A stretch of DNA of 64,000 bases from Gracilinanus agilis (lineage: Eukaryota): NCBI RefSeq assembly GCF_016433145.1, contig NC_058131.1:574676082-574740081 (forward strand), given 5' to 3'. Under the pieces are notes generated by a model, which was not told the origin of the DNA, searched no databases, and was given only the letters and a program-made list of their open reading frames with translations. Shown in pieces: positions 25,161 through 37,166 of the stretch (position 1 is the stretch's first letter; the number at the start of each line of letters is the position of its first letter). Made by a program: the position numbers and the translations under genes.

Positions 25161-25166
25161 AATAAA
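25161..25166 (+). terminator. Distal poly(A) signal of CSNK1G1
   Basis: TGTA at 25152-25155 and 25156-25159, AATAAA at 25161-25166, then a strongly T-rich downstream element at ~25198-25230. Confidence 0.65.
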
Positions 25167-26879
25167 ATGTCTTACCTTTCAGGCTGGTCCTATTTAGTTT
25201 TTCTTTTTCTTTTCTTCTTTTTTTCTTTTTCCCTGTCACATTTCTAGGGGCTAAGACTCAAGCCAGGACCAGCCTTGGTGTGATTTAGGCTCTCCACCCA
25301 TCTCCCTACCCTGGTGCTACTGAGACACTAGCATTAGTATTTTCATTCCTTTTGGGTGGAGCCTTGCCCTCTCCCGGTGGTCCTATCCAGTGCTTATTCC
25401 GAGTTGGAATGTCACTTGGTGCATTTCAGATCTTTTTCTTTAGTCATTTCTGTAACCATAAAAGCTCAGAGGAGAGGGGGAGGGGGAGGGGACCGGAAGC
25501 AGCTGCATTGATAGAAGTTATTCTGAGACGGAGATGAAGGTCCCTTGAGATATCAAAAGAATTGTCCTCTGTGCAAGAGGCTCTGCACAAATTATATCCG
25601 GTATGAACCTCTGTAGAGGAGATGATCTTGGAACTCTCTGTGATTGATACATTGTATCTCAAGGTCAATGGTGGAAGAAATACTTAAGTTGCATTTTCAG
25701 GACCCTGAAAATTTAGCTGCATTATTAGCTCAGATATAGTTTAGGAATGAGTTCAGACTTTCACAGTGCTTATAAAATAAAACTATACAGATCCTCAAAG
25801 AACAATTGGAAACCGAATTCTCTCATTCTCTATGTGGCAAGTATGTATATACTTTCTAACCCATCCCCATGCTAAAATCCTCTACAGTTTTCAACATTGT
25901 ATATATAATTCAGTTCTCAGTTCAATTCAGCAAACCCTTTTTGAGCACTTATTTAAGTGTAAAACACGATGGGCTTGTTATGGGAGATATGAAGACCTAA
26001 AGGGAAAAGTCCCTGACCTTTAAGAATGGTGCTATATTGTGCTATTGGATGGGGTTGGGAAGGCAGGGTTGATGTTCCAAATGAGAAGAAAAAATACTAA
26101 GAACAAAATTTAAAAGTGGGAATATGGTGGAAATTCCTTATGAAAGGAAACAGTGGACTAGTTTCAGGAATGCTTTATGAAGGTCAGAACAATCATCTCA
26201 CGGAAGTCATACAGGGTCTTATTGGGGGAGATTTGAGATTTTGATTTTCATTATTCAGCTTTCTCTGACCATTTCTAGACAAGAGATTGCCTGCAAGTCA
26301 GCTGCCCTGTTGAATTGATCATAAATCCAGCAAGGCAATCTTTTCTGGGTTCATTCAAACATTAAAAAAATGTAAAGCAACTTTGGGGTCGGTCAGATGT
26401 CATCTCTAAGCCAGCCACATCCCTTGGAAGCTATTGTTTACTCTTTTCAATTTTTCCACAGCCTAGAAATAGCACTATACATAGGAATTTGTAACAGACT
26501 GGCCCCTTCAAATACATGCTTCAGGGAGTCAGATAAGTGCGAACAATAGTCCAGTGACAGATAAAGGAGCTTGGGATTTAGAGATGAGACTATCAACTCT
26601 TTTTAACATGCTAGAGTAGGAAAAAATGAACCCTTAATCTAATAGGACAGGCCACTCCTTCTAAGGACGTTATCCATTTAAGCAGAAAGCCAGCAAACAA
26701 AATTGCATGAAACCCATTGGAGGTATAGCAGCTAAACCCAGGTTGGTGAAAGATAGGGAATTCCTATTTTTCGTAGGCAATGAAAGAAATGCATATAATC
26801 CCCAGACAAGTTGTGCTCATCCGGCAGTACACCCGAAATCAGCAATTTAGGGTGAGGTAGGGAGAGGGAGGAGTGTCTG

Positions 26880-27780
26880 CCCGCCTCAGAGGTTCCTTTG
26901 TGCTGAGGCGTCATCCAATCTTTGCTCCGTTTTATCTCCTCTTATCCATCCCTGCCCAGTTGTTTTTCCTATTGGCTGGTAGGAGTTAAAGGGTTGGCCA
27001 GCCAGGGAGCCCAATGAGCTGGCGAGAACGTGGCAACCACCTAAAGAGACCGCGTCTGCTCCAGTTCGGACTCTGAGAACCCTGGCTCCGCCCCGGAGTG
27101 GGATTCTCTATGTATCGTCAGCAGAGGGGTGGAATCGAGTGTCTGCTGTCCTTGAAGCCCAGGAGAGAAAATCCCGGACCCCCCTTTTCTGTGGATCGTA
27201 GTGGCAACCGGGGGTAGGGGGGGGTGGTCCCCGCCCCGTCCGCTTCCTGCCTCCGCGTTCCCCAGGCCGCGGCCGCGCCCGCAGGTTTCATGCTGCGTCT
27301 GACGGAGCGGAACATGAAGCTGCTCGTGGTGGCCGCCTTCGTCTTGGGCTCGGTTCTTTTCTTGCTCTTGCCGGGATTCTCTGCGGCCGACGAGAAGAAG
27401 AAGGGACCCAAAGTAACCACCAAGGTCTGTGCTGGACTAGGAGAAAGAGGCGCCCTCCCCCCGCCCCGTTCTGGCCCGAGGCCGGGGCGGACGGAGGTCG
27501 GGGCCCTCGTGGTCGATACCTTCATTCCAAGCTGGGATGGGCCGGAGGGCGGCCGGGGCGGCGGTGGGGCAGGGGGTGCCCAAAGGGAGCCGAGGGAGGA
27601 AGTCCCCGGAACGTGGCCTTTGAGCCTGGGCTTTCAGAGGCCAATTTGAGAGCAAGCAGATCCGCCTTCCCTAGAGGAGACCGAGTTGTTTGGACGCAGG
27701 GCGTTTCTCGTGGGGTCCCTGCAATCGGGAACGAGCGGAAATCTGTACTCTTAAATAGCCGAACCATTCTAGGCCCGTGA
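26880..27780 (+). promoter_or_regulatory. PPIB CpG-island promoter with CCAAT boxes and a GC box
   Basis: Dense CpG at ~27030-27780; CCAAT at 26915-26919 and 27011-27015; ATTGG at 26971-26975; CRE-like GCGTCA beside the first CCAAT; CCGCCC near 27090. Confidence 0.8.
27290..27424 (+). CDS. PPIB: PPIB exon 1 ([45 protein letters not shown]; signal peptide)
   Basis: ATG at 27290; donor AAG|gtctgt; 45 codons. Confidence 0.95.
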
Positions 27781-28042
27781 CCCCAGTCGGGAACTGGAAT
27801 AGGAGCAATTTATGACACTGACCTTGCTCATTCGCAATACCTGGAGAAAATGGCTTAAGGAATTTGGGGTGATTTTTTTTTCAAACCTTTTTGCAGTTTC
27901 TCACTTGCCTTTTCATAACATAACACCCAAGCTAGTCGATGGTAGTAGACATTTTAAATTCAAAAGTTCCATAAAGCAGTTTGCAAATACTTCTGAGCTT
28001 TAATCAGGGCTCGTGGTAGCCTTTCCGCTCCTTTCTGTAGAG

Positions 28043-28650
28043 CAGCAGTTCCCAAATTTTTTTGGGCTCAGGACCCATTTTATATAAAAAATTATTGAAG
28101 ACGCACACACACACATTTTTTTCTTTTAAAAGTGGGTTATGGGGCAGCTGGGTAGCTCAGTGGATTGAGAGCCAGGCCTAGAGATGGGAGGTCCTAGGTT
28201 CAAATCCGACCTCAGACACTTCCCAGCTGTGTGACCCTGGGCAAGTCACTTGACCCCCATTGCCTACCCTTACCACTCTTTCCACCTATAAGTCAATACA
28301 CAGAAGTTAAGGGTTTAAAATTTAAAAAAAAAAAAGTGGGTTATATCTATCCGTGTTTATGGCATTAAAAGTTTTAATTTTTAAGATATTTAAAATGACA
28401 GCCAATCTATACATGTTAACATAAATAACATTTTGTCTGCTTCTGTATTCAATCTATTTCAATATGTTGTTTTGGTTAAATTTTATGAGGAAATCCTGAC
28501 CACACAGATATGTAGTTGGAAAGGGGACTATTTTATGATAGGAAATAATGTCTTAGTATTGTTTTGAAAATAATTTTAAATTTGAAGATCTCCTAAAAGG
28601 GTAATTGGTTTCCATTTCATATACTTCAGTCATTATTTTGGGAACCACTG
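28043..28650. mobile_element. Old hAT-Charlie (Charlie1/MER33-like) DNA transposon relic in PPIB intron 1, interrupted by a SINE
   Basis: TIRs cagcagttcccaaa / tttgggaaccactg match at 12 of 14 positions. Internal gtgggttatatctatc, acatgttaacataaataac and cacacagatatgtagttggaaa recall Charlie1. TSD not preserved. Confidence 0.7.
28141..28335 (+). mobile_element. Young SINE1_Mdo-like SINE with a perfect TSD
   Basis: TSD aaaagtgggttat at 28128-28140 and 28332-28344; poly(A) tail; TT/AAAA L1-endonuclease site. Confidence 0.93.
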
Positions 28651-28831
28651 TTGAGTAACTTGACTCTGACCTAGTGAGAATAAGAATGGAGGTATCTTTC
28701 TCATTCATTTCACTTGCATTAATTGCCATTGGGCATACCAGCTTTCCCCACCAAGAACCCAGCCTCAAAGTTAAGGGAAGGAGAGGGGGGAATGCTGAAA
28801 AAGTTTATAATGAATAATCTGTTTATTTCAG

Positions 28832-28945
28832 GTATATTTTGATCTTAAAATTGGTGAGGAAAATGTAGGCCGAATTGTCATTGGTCTCTTTGGGAAGACA
28901 ACTCCAAAGACAGTGGAAAATTTTGTGGTTCTGACCACTGGAGAG
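28832..28945 (+). CDS. PPIB: PPIB exon 2 ([38 protein letters not shown])
   Basis: Acceptor tttatttcag|, donor GAG|gtaagt; 114 nt. Confidence 0.97.
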
Positions 28946-29337
28946 GTAAGTGACAGGGACTTGATCCCAGAAGAGTAATGAGCTCAAGTCTTTCAGGTTG
29001 TACCTATTTTTTAAAAAAGGCATTTTAACCCTATCTGTGGGCCAGAAGGTGACAGAAAACCCTTCTGCAATGTGTTTATTTGCCTCCCTGACTCTCATCA
29101 TAACAGGAAGGTAAATGAGAGACTATAATTTCCCTAGCAATGAACAGAAAGAAAATTGGCCTTTCTGACAAGGGCCAGTGAAGAAGAGCCATTTATAGCT
29201 TTGCCTGGTGACACTGACCCTGCTTGCTCCTCAGAACAGGGTGGGGTTACCTTTGAGGAAGGGACACTTCTACCTCTGCTAGGTTTGTGGAAGTACAGTT
29301 TCTTATAGATCCCTTACTTTTATGTCCTTTTTTCTAG

Positions 29338-29436
<99 letters not shown>

Positions 29437-29954
29437 TAATACCTAACCTGAACTTACAGTTTCTCCAAAAAACAAGTCTATTGCTGCTGCTCAGGGTGGG
29501 AGTATTGGACAGGGTTTTGTAAAACACATTATATATCTACTTTCTCCAGTTTCCCAAAGATACTTACCTTCACTGGGGGAATCCAGCAGGGATAGGGAAA
29601 AAGGGCATAAGGGTATTCCCCATAGGCAACAGAAACGCTGGTCTCGGCTTTATAGCAGCTTGCTAATTATTTCAAGTAAAACTAGCACAATTTTAGTGAG
29701 TTCACAATCTAGGTATTTCATAGAGAATCCCAAATGAATGTCATAAGTTAGGTTTGTTTAAAGGTGGGGAAGAGTAGTATTGAGGAGTAGCATCAGAGTC
29801 CCTGAAGAGCTAAATAAGAAGACTTTATGGAAAAGAATAGGGCCATGGGCTACCCTGGCATTCATACAGTAGACCTCTGCCACATCTTTCTGTGACTAGA
29901 GCACATTTATGTAGTTTATAGTCTCATAGCCTACTCTTTGAAACTTAACTGTTA

Positions 29955-30410
29955 ACCAACCTTTTTTTTTTTTAAACCTTTACCTTTCCCCTTAGAATCA
30001 ATACTGTATATGGGTTCCAAGGCAGAAGAACCATAGGGGGGAGAGGGGGCAGCTGGGTAGCTCAGTGGATTGGTGGATTGAGAGTCAGGCCTAGAGACAG
30101 GGAGGTCCTAGATTCAAATCTGGCCTCGGACACTTCCCAGCTGTATGACCCTGGGCAAGTCACTTGACCCCCGTTGCCTACCCTTACCACTCTTCTGCCT
30201 TGAGCCAATACACAGTATTGACTCCAAGACGGAAGGTAAAGGGTTTTTGTTTGTTTGTTTGTTTTAAATAAAGAACTGTAAGGGCTTGGCAATGGTGTTC
30301 AAGTGACTTGCCCAGGGTCACACTGATAGGCATTATCAGATCTAATTTGAACCCAGGACTTCCCAATCTCTAAGCCTGGCTCTAAACCACCTGAGCCCAC
30401 CTCCCTGTTC
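29955..30410. mobile_element. Nested SINEs: a + strand copy (~30047-30270) inside an older - strand copy
   Basis: The minus-strand SINE is split at ccaaggcagaagaac / aagaactgtaagggcttggcaatgg by a plus-strand SINE. Confidence 0.8.
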
Positions 30411-30889
30411 CCCTTCCCAACCTTTTTACATTCTCAATACATTTAAAGATATTCTTTGTATCTCCCACAGAGTTATTTTTCATACAGTATGCCATCTGTC
30501 TCCTCCCCCTCAAAAATAATTTTATTTCTTGAGCATCTCCTGGGGCAGTGCAATGTGCTAGGTCTTCTTGGGCCTTTAAAATAGGCCTTATCTGAAGGAG
30601 CTTACAATCTAATTGGGATCCTGACACCCAAATACAAAATTAACTTTGATGTTTTAGTACTTGCAGAAAACCTTAGAAGAGCTATCTGTGAGGCAGTATG
30701 ATATTCACAAATGAATTTTTATTCATAGTAGGGGTGGGGAAATCACTAGACTGATGCTTAGAGAAGAAATGGGTCTTGACTCTAGTTGGGAGGGGTGGAA
30801 GGTTGGGGATGGGGTCTGCATTGTATAAGTAAAAAGCATTACCCGATTGGGAAGTGAAAACAATCTGTCCAGATGGAAGGGTTCTTTTA

Positions 30890-32050
30890 GTGGGCATTTA
30901 CTGAGAGCCTACTATGTGCTCAGTGCTATATTTGGCATTGGAGATAGAAAGGCAAAAAAACGAAATCGTACCTGTTTTCAGGCAGCCTTTTTTTAATGAG
31001 GGATGACAGGATCTACGCACACATGGGGAGTAGCAATAAGAAAGTATGGTTGGAGCAAAGTATACGTGGAAGGATAGGAAGGAGATCCCAGTTTGTGAAG
31101 AACCCGGAGTGTCAGAAGCGTTTACATTTGATTCTAAAACTAGAGAGCCTCTGGAGCCCGGTTAGGTGGCAGCGCGGTCAGATCTGTTCTTTAGGAAAAT
31201 CACTTTCATGACCGTGTAGAAGATGCAGGGAGAGCCTTGCTACAGGGAGACCAAGGAAGAGAGATATTGACTGGGCCAGGAGAAAGGTGTGGATCCCAGT
31301 GACGTAAGACATACAAAAGGCGTGATTTGGCAACTGCTGGACACGTGGGGTGAGTGACCACGTGGAGACGTCATTTAGGTGCCCCGAAGAAGAGCAGTGC
31401 CTTGAGAGCCGGCTTGGAGAGCTATCCTGGAGCTCCATGAAGTCTGTTTTAGTTTGGGTTTTATTCAGTAAAGAGTCGAAAAATAGTGTCTTAACCAGAA
31501 AACAGACATAATCAAAATTGTGTTTAGGATGGTTAATCTAGTGGCATGTGGATAAAACTAGGAGTAAGAGAAGGGATTGATGGTAGCTAGTTAGGAAGTG
31601 ACTGTGCTACTCCAGATATAAAAGGGTGCGCGGTGGCATTGGGGGCGAAAAAGGAAATAATAGATTTCCAAGGCTTTGCAGAATAACTGGAAAACATTCG
31701 TGAATCTATGGATTAAATGTCAGCTCTGACACTTTTAACAGATGTTTGACCAGAGGTAAATCACTTAATATCCAACCCGGCTTAGGTAAAATATTGCCCT
31801 CTTCATAGGATTGTGCTGAAGCTTGAGTGATAATTTTTAAAGGATCTAGATTATTGTTATTCTGTGAGGACATGAGAGAAGATGGAAACCAGGATAATTT
31901 GGAAGTTTTGAGACTGGTTAAATTAGGGATAACCAGTAATAGAAATTGGGAATATAACTGGCAGCAATTTGGAGAGTTTGGAACATGTTGAATGTGGAGC
32001 CTCTAGATGTTCAACAGGCAGTTTAAAGTGCAAAATGGGAGCTTAAGAAG
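30890..32050 (-). mobile_element. LINE2 fragments in PPIB intron 3
   Basis: catttactgagagcctactatgtgctcagtgct (L2 3' end) and ctttaggaaaatcacttt; boundaries approximate. Confidence 0.55.
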
Positions 32051-32109
32051 TTAGATTATTATGATTATTATTATTATTTAACTCTTATCTCCTGTCTTAG
32101 TATCAATTT

Positions 32110-32290
32110 TTTTTAAACCTTTTTTCCTAGGATGGATACTCAATATCTGTCCCAAGGCAGAAGAGCAGTAAAGGCTATGCAATGGGAGTTAAGTGACTTG
32201 TCCAAGGTCACACAGCTAGGCGGTGCCCGAGGCTAGATTTGAACCTAGGACCCCCAATTCCAGACCTGGTGTTCTATCCACTATGCTACC
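32110..32290 (-). mobile_element. Marsupial SINE
   Basis: ccaaggcagaagagcagtaaaggct...aagtgacttgtccaaggtcacacagct...tttgaacctaggac. Confidence 0.8.
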
Positions 32291-32645
32291 TTTCCCAAAT
32301 ACCAAAAGTTTTCAACTACACTAAAACATTTATTAGCACCACAATGCTTCCTACATGGCACTTTGCTGATATGTGCATATGAGGATTTACAAAGTTTCTG
32401 TCTTTAAGGAACTTATAATCTAGTATAAGGGGATGCCAACAAGAGTACACAAAAATATGTGGCAAGTGTCTGAGAGGTACAGACCAACCTCCAGGGATGG
32501 AGCATTATTAACCAAGAAAAATCTAAAAGATGGTGTTTTGAACTGGAGCTCAGTGGAAGGGTAGAATTTCAACAGGTGGAGGGGGGCAGGGCATGAGGTA
32601 GTATAGGCAAAAAAAAAACTCAAATAAAAGTAGAGAAAGGAGGGA

Positions 32646-32848
32646 GCAGTTGGATGTAGCTCAGTGGAATGAGAGTCGGCCCTAGAGATGGGAGGTCCTG
32701 GGTTCAAATCTGGTCTCAGACACTTCCCAGCTGTGTGACCCTGGGCAAGTCACTTGACCCCCATTGCCTAGCCCTTAAGTACTCTTCTGCCTTGGAGCCA
32801 ATACTCAGTATTGACTCCAAGACGGAAGGTAAAGGGTTTGAAAAAAAA
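32646..32848 (+). mobile_element. Young SINE1_Mdo-like SINE
   Basis: Full-length body with A tail; flanking tagagaaa(g/a) duplication. Confidence 0.88.
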
Positions 32849-35094
32849 ATAGAGAAAAGATAGAGGGGCCTTCTGCAGGCAGTTACACCAGTCTGACTGA
32901 AGCAAAATACACATGGAGTATAGCATGAGACAACTTGGATAAAGTTTGCGAGCACACCTTGAATGGCAAATCAAGAAGTTTCAACTGAAACTGGGGAAGA
33001 TGAGGGATTATTGAAGAGTTTTGAGCTAAAGAGCAGTCAAATGTGTGCAGAAAGATAATACAAAGACTTTGTGTAAAGGGTGGATTGGAAAGGAAGAGGC
33101 TATTTCTGCTTGGGGAAAAGGTTCCATAGAAATTATAAGAGAAAATGTAGAACCTGACAACATTTCTACTACTTAAATCCAATTGATAAGGACAAGATTT
33201 TCAAACAAAATATTGGATGATGCTGATAAAATATAAAGAAATGAGAAGAGGCAATTGGTGAAAGATGGTTCAGTTTTTTTGGTGGCATATTGAATTTGTG
33301 ATATCTGTATGATGCTAAGAAGAAAGGTAACATCCAGAGATAATTGAGGGAGTCATCTGCCAAGAATGGATAATAGTTGAGGCTGTCCACAGAAGAGAAA
33401 GGCTGGTGAAGAAGACTGTAGGTGGTGGCCATCTAAGCAGAGATTATAAAGATGGGAGAGGGGGTTAGGTTAAACATTTTTAAAGCTGAAAGAATCTTTA
33501 AAGTTTGAGAAGGGAATTCATTCCCTTCACAGGAGAGAAGTCTAAAGAACGTCAAAGCACATCTAGGGCAATCCCAAGGAAACTTGGGGCTCAGATCAGT
33601 TAAGTGATATAAGCAAGGTCACACAAGTAGTAAACAAGTTATTCTGGACTTTGAACCCAGGTCCTCTGGTTCCAAATCTACTGCCCAACTAACTCTGCCT
33701 TTTAAATTTGGAACAGAAACTATATTTCTAGGGATTGAGAAAAGCATGTGGATATGATTAAAAAATAGAAACATTTACGTAGTGACTACTTTTTTTTCCA
33801 AGTTACTCATAAAGTCTTGGGTGTTTTTTAAGGTTTTATACTTCTTTTATACCAGCCATTTCCCAATATTCTCTTTTCCCTCCACCAGTGTCTTCCCTTG
33901 GAACAACAACAAAAAATTAAACAAAACCCACCAACAAAATAACTATCTCTTAGTGTACGTGACAGTATCCATAGTGATCTCTGCACTTGTTCCCCAAAGC
34001 AAAAGAGAATGTTTCATAATCTGCCTTCCAGGGATGGGTTTTGCTTTTAATGAATTCAGCTGCCTTTTCATGTTGTTTTTATTTGCATTGGAGTGGATGT
34101 GTATACTTTAATAGTTTGTCCCTCTTTGATCTGTATCAGTTTATAAAAGCCTTCCATATTTGAATTCTTCATTGTTTTATAGAGCAGTGATTTTTCATTG
34201 CATTTACGTGCTGCCATATGTTAAGCCATTCCTATTCAACAGGAGCTTTCTTAAAACCTTCAGTAAGGGACAGTATATGTGAGGAATATATTATTATTCA
34301 CTAGTTTGTTTGGTTTATTTTTTTAAGACAGGAAGTAAAGGGAAAAGGGACAATGCATTAGCCAGGATCCACTAGGGAAAGTGGAGCAATTAGTATGCTA
34401 TGTATCCTGGTGGATGTTTTCTACAAACTGGTTGGGAAGTTTGGGGGCCTGGAAGAAACCTGAGGCCCATTTATACAATAAAATTCTATTTGTCGGGGAT
34501 CACTCTTCAGTCTTCCGGGGTGTTCAGTGCCCGAGTAGAGCTAAGTAATGAAATACATCTTTTCTCATTCCCTGTCCTCTCCTCTAACAAGAAAAAGACT
34601 GTTTTAAATCTTACTGAGTCGTTTTGTTTTTTCTCCTCTCCCTAACCATCCAGTAGCCAAACAAGCAAAGCTTAGCAGTTTGGGTTAACTTCGACTAGCC
34701 ACCAACATCCTTCCCCACCATCTGCTTATTGCTCTGTGTTTGCAGAAATTCAGCTAGGTTTCCTTGTTCCTGCTTTCATTCCACAGCTTTTCTTCTGTAC
34801 CTGTCCTCATTTCATTCTTTCTCAAGCTTCATTACAGCTTAAGCCATAAAGTGTAGCACAGTTCTAATTACATTTCCATAAATGTTTTGTCATTTATGCT
34901 TTTCAGTCATTGGGACTAGAGTTTACTCATCCGTGAGATTTGGCAATTGTTCCAGGGAAAGTGACTGCTTTGCTGCCACACTTCTTTCTTATCAAGCTCA
35001 TCCTAGGTGTGCACGTATACAGAGGTGTCTTTACCTCTTGAACCACGTTTGATATCCTCATTAATTTTCCCCTTTAACTCAGGCTATGCTTTAA

Positions 35095-35343
<249 letters not shown>

Positions 35344-35494
35344 TAGGAGACAAGGTGGGAGGAAGTGAGGATGCCCCGGCGGGACTGCGGGGAGCTTCCG
35401 GAGCCTCCTCCTCCCTTTTACCCTTTAGTGCCATCTTCTCGGGGCCAGATCGGACTCACTAACCCTGGCCTCCTTCTCTTCCCTCCTTTATCAG

Positions 35495-35617
35495 GACGTG
35501 GTCCGGAAGGTGGAAAACACCAAAACAGACGGGCGGGACAAGCCCCTGAAGGATGTGACAATAGCCGACTGTGGCACGATCGAAGTCGAGAAGCCTTTCG
35601 CCATTGCCAAGGAGTAG
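35495..35617 (+). CDS. PPIB: PPIB exon 5 ([40 protein letters not shown])
   Basis: Pyrimidine tract plus cag| acceptor; TAG at 35615-35617. Confidence 0.97.
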   Translation, partial: DVVRKVENTKTDGRDKPLKDVTIADCGTIEVEKPFAIAKE

Positions 35618-35810
35618 GGTCCCCTGGAGACCTGCTGTAGAGGCTGTGCAGGAAGCATCCCGTGTCTGGGGACCGAGGCCTGGTCTGGGCCCCTTTCCAG
35701 CCCTGGGCTCCTAGTACAGCCCGTGGTGCCGACATCTGACTGAGCTGACCCAGAATCCATCCTTACATTCCACAGCCCCTCAGGCCCGGTTTTGTAAAGA
35801 AACACACGCC

Positions 35811-35816
35811 AATAAA
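35811..35816 (+). terminator. PPIB poly(A) signal
   Basis: AATAAA ~190 nt after the stop codon, followed by a T run. Confidence 0.8.
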
Positions 35817-36242
35817 GAAGAAAACATTTTTTTAATAGAAAGTGAGTGGGCTGGGTTCATCCCTTGCCCTCCCTAAGCATCTCAGCTTAGCCCAGCCCAG
35901 AAGCACCATCCCCATGAAAGTTCTTGAGGGAATGGTAGGGCTTGTTTCCTGTAGAACTGGGCTCCTTCCTTCACCCTCTCTTCTCTCTCCCTTCCCTCGG
36001 AGGCCGGCCAGAGAGCTAGTCCTGTCCTGGACTAGGCTGTGCCCCCTAGTCCTCGCCCTTCCCCTCTCCCTGCAACTGCATTTCCAAAGAGTGAAGTTTT
36101 TGCTTCTCTCCTCAGCCTCCAACCTGGTCCTCGTCTCCATCCTCCCACCTTGTAGATAAGCCCTTGCTTCTTCCTCCCTGTGGTTCCTTTCCTCCAATAC
36201 AAACAGCCCATTTTCTTGGGCTCATCCCTAAGAGACTCTGCT

Positions 36243-36248
36243 TTTATT
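36243..36248 (-). terminator. Candidate proximal SNX22 poly(A) signal
   Basis: TTTATT on + (AATAAA on -), ~184 nt downstream of the SNX22 stop. Confidence 0.5.
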
Positions 36249-36431
36249 CTGCGTTCTTCCTATTCTGCAAAGGCCGAGTGGAGTCCCTCAGAACCGGCCC
36301 CTGCACGGGGCCACCATTGGAGAACAGGAGGGATGAGGGCGCCCAGCTTCGTGTTAGTAAGAATTGACCAGCAGGGAAGGGCGGGCAGGTGGGCAGCAGA
36401 ACCCATGGGAAGTTCTGCTCTGTTTAAGGCC

Positions 36432-36547
36432 TCAGCTGTCGTGGGGGGGTACAAAATAGGGGTCCTTCGGCTGGGCCACACGGGGGCATCTGCTGCAACT
36501 GTAGAGGCCCTGCAACACGCCGCTCACCACCATGTTAGGGATCAGCT
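36432..36547 (-). CDS. SNX22: SNX22 exon 7 (ELIPNMVVSGVLQGLYSCSRCPRVAQPKDPYFVPPHDS*)
   Basis: Acceptor cccttctag|; resembles the recalled human ESLPNVVVNGVLQGLYS; stop at 36434-36432. Confidence 0.9.
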
Positions 36548-37098
36548 CTAGAAGGGGGAAACACAGGCTGAGTAGGAGGCTCCTCGCTTGGTAGTGTGGC
36601 TGCTTACACGGCTCTCCCCTGGTCCTCTTCTGGCCCTCCCTCGGCTCCATGCGGTTCCCTTTCTAGGTGGGAGGGAAGGCTGGGAGCCCCGGCACTGCCC
36701 AGTCGCTGTGCTGCCCGTTTGCCGGGCCAGATGTGGGGCCGGCCAGGAAGTGACCCATTACAGAGCAGCGCTGAGCCAAGCTTCTTCGTCCATCCTTAAG
36801 GATGACATTCACTCGCTGGCTCTCAAGTTGGAACCAGGCGGAGACGGCAGCCCAAGAACAGCCATCGGAGGCATCTGTTGGATCCCCACGTGGGAGCCTC
36901 AGGAGGGGGTGGGCTCCTGAGGCCCATCTGCTGCATTCATCCAGATCAGCTTGGTTCTAGGAGCTGCTCCCTTGGGTTGTCTCAACTATTGGGGTCATGC
37001 CATTAGAGCAGGGACAGGGAGGTCCCCCGTCCCAGGTGGGTGCCAAGATTTGACTTCATAATTACTGCCATTTTCTCAGCCCTGGACATTTTACTTAC

Positions 37099-37166
37099 CT
37101 AGAGAAGGGCTTTGCAGGTAGGGATCCCTGTGGAATTTCAGGACTGGTCTGTGGGGTTGGTGAGCA
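37099..37166 (-). CDS. SNX22: SNX22 exon 6 (AHQPHRPVLKFHRDPYLQSPSL)
   Basis: Acceptor ttttccctctag|, donor G|gtaagt; 68 nt. Confidence 0.9.

Larger units (their letters stand above)
1..25185 (+). other. CSNK1G1: CSNK1G1 (casein kinase I gamma-1) gene, 3' part only; the kinase-domain exons lie upstream of the window
   Basis: Exons at 1649-1759, 7454-7560 and 18628-18682 splice in frame to ...[65 protein letters not shown], the CK1-gamma-1 C-terminus. The right end is inferred from AATAAA at 25161. Confidence 0.93.
18683..25185 (+). other. CSNK1G1: Long (~6.5 kb) CSNK1G1 3'UTR
   Basis: Follows the stop codon; largely free of the SINE/LINE copies that fill the flanks; AU-rich terminal block ending in AATAAA plus a T-rich tract. 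Confidence 0.65.
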
